DNA of 64,000 nt from Stylophora pistillata (lineage: Eukaryota), in NCBI RefSeq assembly GCF_002571385.2, contig NW_019217851.1, forward strand, positions 537,898 to 601,897, written 5' to 3'. A model generated the notes under the pieces. The model made no database searches. It was not told the origin of the DNA and worked only from the letters and a program-made list of their open reading frames with translations. How positions within the stretch are numbered: position 1 is the stretch's first letter; each line of letters opens with the position of its first letter. Made by a program: the position numbers and the translations under genes. This document shows positions 60,801-64,000 of this stretch, one piece after another.

Positions 60801-62150
60801 GTTAGTATGAACATAAAAACAACACAGGGCCAGATACAATCATTGCCCCAAAAGCTTAGCTAAAATCCTGTAACCACCTATAAGAAGCCAGTGGTAACAA
60901 AAACAAGTCCAGTGAGTTATGTACTCACCTGTTCATTTGCACCTTCAAGTTTCACTGGTGTGAATTGTTCCTTATTGTAAGCCGAAAAAGAGCTGTTGAC
61001 AAAAACAGCAGCAGAAAAAAACAAAATTACGCTTTCGTTTTTTATACACTACAAGTCATAATTTACCTACTACCTGTGTGTATGATCCCTACTAAATCAA
61101 ATTTGATTGGGGAAACAATACTGCAAATTACCATAAATGCAGGAAAAAAAAAATGAAAAAAAATGAGAAACTGATCAGCTTCTTTTTTTACAAATGTGCA
61201 GGAAAAATCTAAGGGTACATCTAGACATACACTTTTTTCCTGATTGCATTTTCAATGTGTATCTGGGCTGTTATCTCTGACCTGTACTGCAGATGTCTCA
61301 TTCTCATCATTAGTATTGAGTAAATACATGGTTACAATCAACATGCATACACAGATATTATTTAAAGTAACAAAAGAAGGCATCATCCCTACGTTGCACT
61401 TTCTAAGTGCTAGGTTGCAATACTTTTTAACAGGGACTTTGAGAAGAAATTAAGAGCACCAATATGTAATGCAACACCTGAATCAGGTACATGACTGCTG
61501 AGGCTCTTCAAAGGATCCATGCTTTACACTGCTTTTCCTATACAGTTTTAAGTTCATCAGTACTTTACCATGCTATCAATTAATCTCAGTTTTAATTTCT
61601 GAACAACATGCACTGCCTGCCAGAAAAGGCTAACGGAAGATGCCTAGGTAATACTTGGACGACTCTCTAACATTTATCACTGTGCTAAAAATTGTGTAGG
61701 TATGATACAAGAGTCCTTAACCTTGTTATGTGAGTTGCAAACAAGTGACCAAGTATTTAACAGTTGAGCTAGAATTTATAAAAAAAAGAAGAAAAACTTG
61801 TTAAGTTAAACGATAACCGTCACACAAACCAACCTTGAAGCTTTCTCCTTCAGCAGACTGTCATTGTTCAACAAAATGCGAACATCTACAATAAAAAACA
61901 GTCTATATTTGAAAATAGAATAAACTAAAAATGAAAGTCATTCTTTACAGATCATGCCTACCATTGAAGACTTCGTTGAATTCTCCTGGTGGGGCGTGTT
62001 TGATGAAATCGGCAGCTATCCGTACCTAATTGGTGGAACCACAACGATTCGTCAGTTGCGGCACTTCAACGATGAGTAACTTTTACGAGAGAAGTACGTT
62101 AATTTCCATACCTTCTCTTGGTCTGAAATAGGCTCGTCAAAATCCGCCAT
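54890..62150 (-). CDS. CAPZA: F-actin capping protein alpha subunit, 288 aa, 11 exons
   Basis: Exons 62150-62112, 62025-61962, 61885-61834, 60992-60929, 60275-60186, 59252-59136, 58008-57929, 57692-57608, 56879-56808, 56337-56275, 55030-54890. Motifs [54 protein letters not shown]. Confidence 0.97.
58134..58648 (+). mobile_element. tRNA-containing repeat family A, head-to-tail dimer (~250-bp unit, ~2.06 units) with 12-bp TSD
   Basis: TCGTGTATCATAC at 58134, 58386 and 58634. TSD AGTCAATAATAA at 58122-58133 and 58649-58660. A further fragment lies at 31402-31480. Confidence 0.9.
60436..60663 (-). mobile_element. tRNA-containing repeat family B with an inverted duplicate segment and 15-bp TSD
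   Basis: Minus-strand copy 60436-60589 and plus-strand partial copy 60592-60665. TSD TACAATGTGTATTGT at 60421-60435 and 60664-60678. Confidence 0.9.
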
Positions 62151-62419
62151 TTTCTGATGTCTATTAAGTTGGAGCTCACAGAAGTTCCTTCCAAATCAAG
62201 ATGGCTGCCTAATTTGAGAAACGCTAGGTTTCCTGGGAACTTCCCGGAAATGCCCAAATTTGGTAACAATTTGAAACTTAAGCCAGCAAAATATTCAACA
62301 GCGGTTTATTTCACAAATATGGTGACGTCAACTCAGCAACAAGGGAAGGCAAAGTTAATGTATTCTTAGTCGACGTAGGCCTATTTTGTGTCGAAATCCG
62401 TTTCGGAAAAAGGTCATAA
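62151..62419. promoter_or_regulatory. Bidirectional promoter between CAPZA and TBC1D25
   Basis: 269 bp between divergent ATGs. Contains YY1-like CAAGATGGC (62197), TTCCTGGGAA (62230-62239), TTCCCGGAA (62241-62249) and CRE TGACGTCA (62323-62330). Confidence 0.75.
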
Positions 62420-63914
62420 ATGTCATCCTTTCCGGGAAATGCTTTGCAAGATCGAGAAGCAATACGTGTAAAAGCAGTGGTATGTGTGAAAGTCCGGAGG
62501 CTTTGGTGTAAAATAGTAGGATGATCTTTTGCTTTTAACTAATTACTTATTCATTTAGACTTTCTTAGTTTTTCCTTAACAATTTGAAGGACCAATTGTT
62601 TCTTTGTTTTTTTTTTTTCAGTTACACGATGGAAAACATGAAGGTGAAGGAGTAAAGAGGTGCTTTTCCGTAGACCCACACATCACGTCATTTTATAATC
62701 TTTGTCAGTTGTTGACGCGAGCTTTTCAATTACAAGGGTAAGTCATTACAACGTGTTGTGAATATTACAACACTACTCTGCTACCGCAGTTTTTGGTTGA
62801 TTTACAGGTGTTTTTCAAACTGGAATTTAGCAACTACAAATGTACGACCAAAGGGGTCGATGCCAATCTGTTAGATTATTAACCACTCGTTTGTCATTTT
62901 ATTAAATAAAAATGGTAACTGTGTTTGTTCGTGCACAGTTTCTCGTTCTTCATATGACATAGTCAATTATTGTAAATAAAGTTGTCACGTAGACTTTATG
63001 TAGCCTGTAGTGCCTCTATAGCTGCCAGCGCATAACGTAATTTCTCTCGGAGTTAGCAATCAACATAAGTCGATATCAGAAAGTTACTCGCCATCAAGAG
63101 CAACTGGTTCATTTAAGTTACATATCTTCGATTTTATCAGTTAACCGGTGAAATCTGAAATGGAGGCTAGTAACGGGGTTGTAACAACAAAGGTTCAGTG
63201 AAGGTTTATGTAGAGGACATTTGAGATTTCTTCTCAAGTATAGAATTTTTCTTGGATTTTATTCATTTGTTTCTTTCTATTTTCCAACTGTGCAGAATTA
63301 AAGCTTATTTGTCCAGAATGCTAAAAATCACCATCAGACTTTTAGGGCTAGCTACTGAAAGGGGTCTAACCCAAACCACTGTTTTACACAAGCAGTAGGT
63401 CTTGGATATTCTCTGTAAGAGGGTTGACTTAATTAAATAAATGTCCTTCTACAATTAGCTTTTGGCCCTCTTGACACTGTTCACAAAAATAAATGTGCAG
63501 ATAAAAGATTCGACAACATTGAAGAAGGTGAACTTTGTTTAATAAAATAACTGGCCCTTAATTTCTCAGTCTTTGACCAATTTCCTTCTACAGGTGTAAG
63601 AAAATATACCTTGTTACAGTAGTATTCTTGCTTTACGTGGTTGTTGAGAAGACTCTCCCCTTTGATGCCCCAAACCATACAGGACCTCTTTGTCACCATT
63701 TAAACAACCACATGTACATTTAGCAACTGATTTTTTCTTTTATTAACCATTTTTAGAGACTTTGAAATATCATATCAGCTCCCACAGTCAACAGAAAATG
63801 GAAAGAGACCAGATGTGTTCATCTCTCTGACATCTGACTTTGATCTTGATGCTGCCTTCATGAGTTCATCTTTGCCATATCTAAGTCTCAAGGTTGAACC
63901 TGTAATCTGTTCAG
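62420..63914 (+). CDS. TBC1D25: TBC1 domain family member 25 (Rab-GAP), exons 1-3; gene continues past the right edge
   Basis: Exons 62420-62479, 62622-62737, 63757-63914. REAIRVKAV...FSVDPHITSF..L..LLTRAFQL..DFEISY...SLTSDFDLDAAF.SSSLPYLSLKVE matches the recalled TBC1D25 N-terminus. Confidence 0.88.
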
Positions 63915-64000
63915 GTAATATGAGTAATTATAGCTATAATTAAAGCACATGCTTGTGACATTTCTTTGATATTTTACCGCTATTTTTTATGGTCCAATAA

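Overview
AT-rich, intron- and repeat-rich eukaryotic DNA with small assembly gaps at 5983, 15424-15563, 41749-41875 and 48903-48922. The repeat families and gene structures suggest a cnidarian, most likely a stony coral (inference). I assembled eight protein-coding genes by hand from GT-AG exons with consistent phases, most of them invisible in the ORF track. In order: NICN1 (5' part, -), a secreted two-Ig protein with a GPI-type C-terminus (-), an 11-exon mu-class GST (-), an intronless 7-TM gustatory-receptor-like (7TMIC) gene (-), a 503-aa coiled-coil protein resembling euglenozoan paraflagellar-rod proteins (+), PIERCE1 with an RFX X-box (+), CAPZA (-) and TBC1D25 (5' part, +), the last two head-to-head. 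Mobile DNA includes Penelope-like elements (PLEs) of two clades with minimal hammerhead ribozymes, CR1/L2-type LINE fragments, many MITEs, minisatellites and three tRNA-related short-repeat families. The most notable observations are: (1) a candidate animal homolog of the paraflagellar-rod family; (2) two tRNA-containing 250-290 bp units that insert as tandem, permuted or fold-back copies with 12-15 bp TSDs, behaving like PLE-mobilised, retrozyme-like elements rather than SINEs; (3) a SINE whose three copies carry three different tails, switching at a G-quadruplex motif. All family assignments come from recalled sequences and motifs; no search was run.
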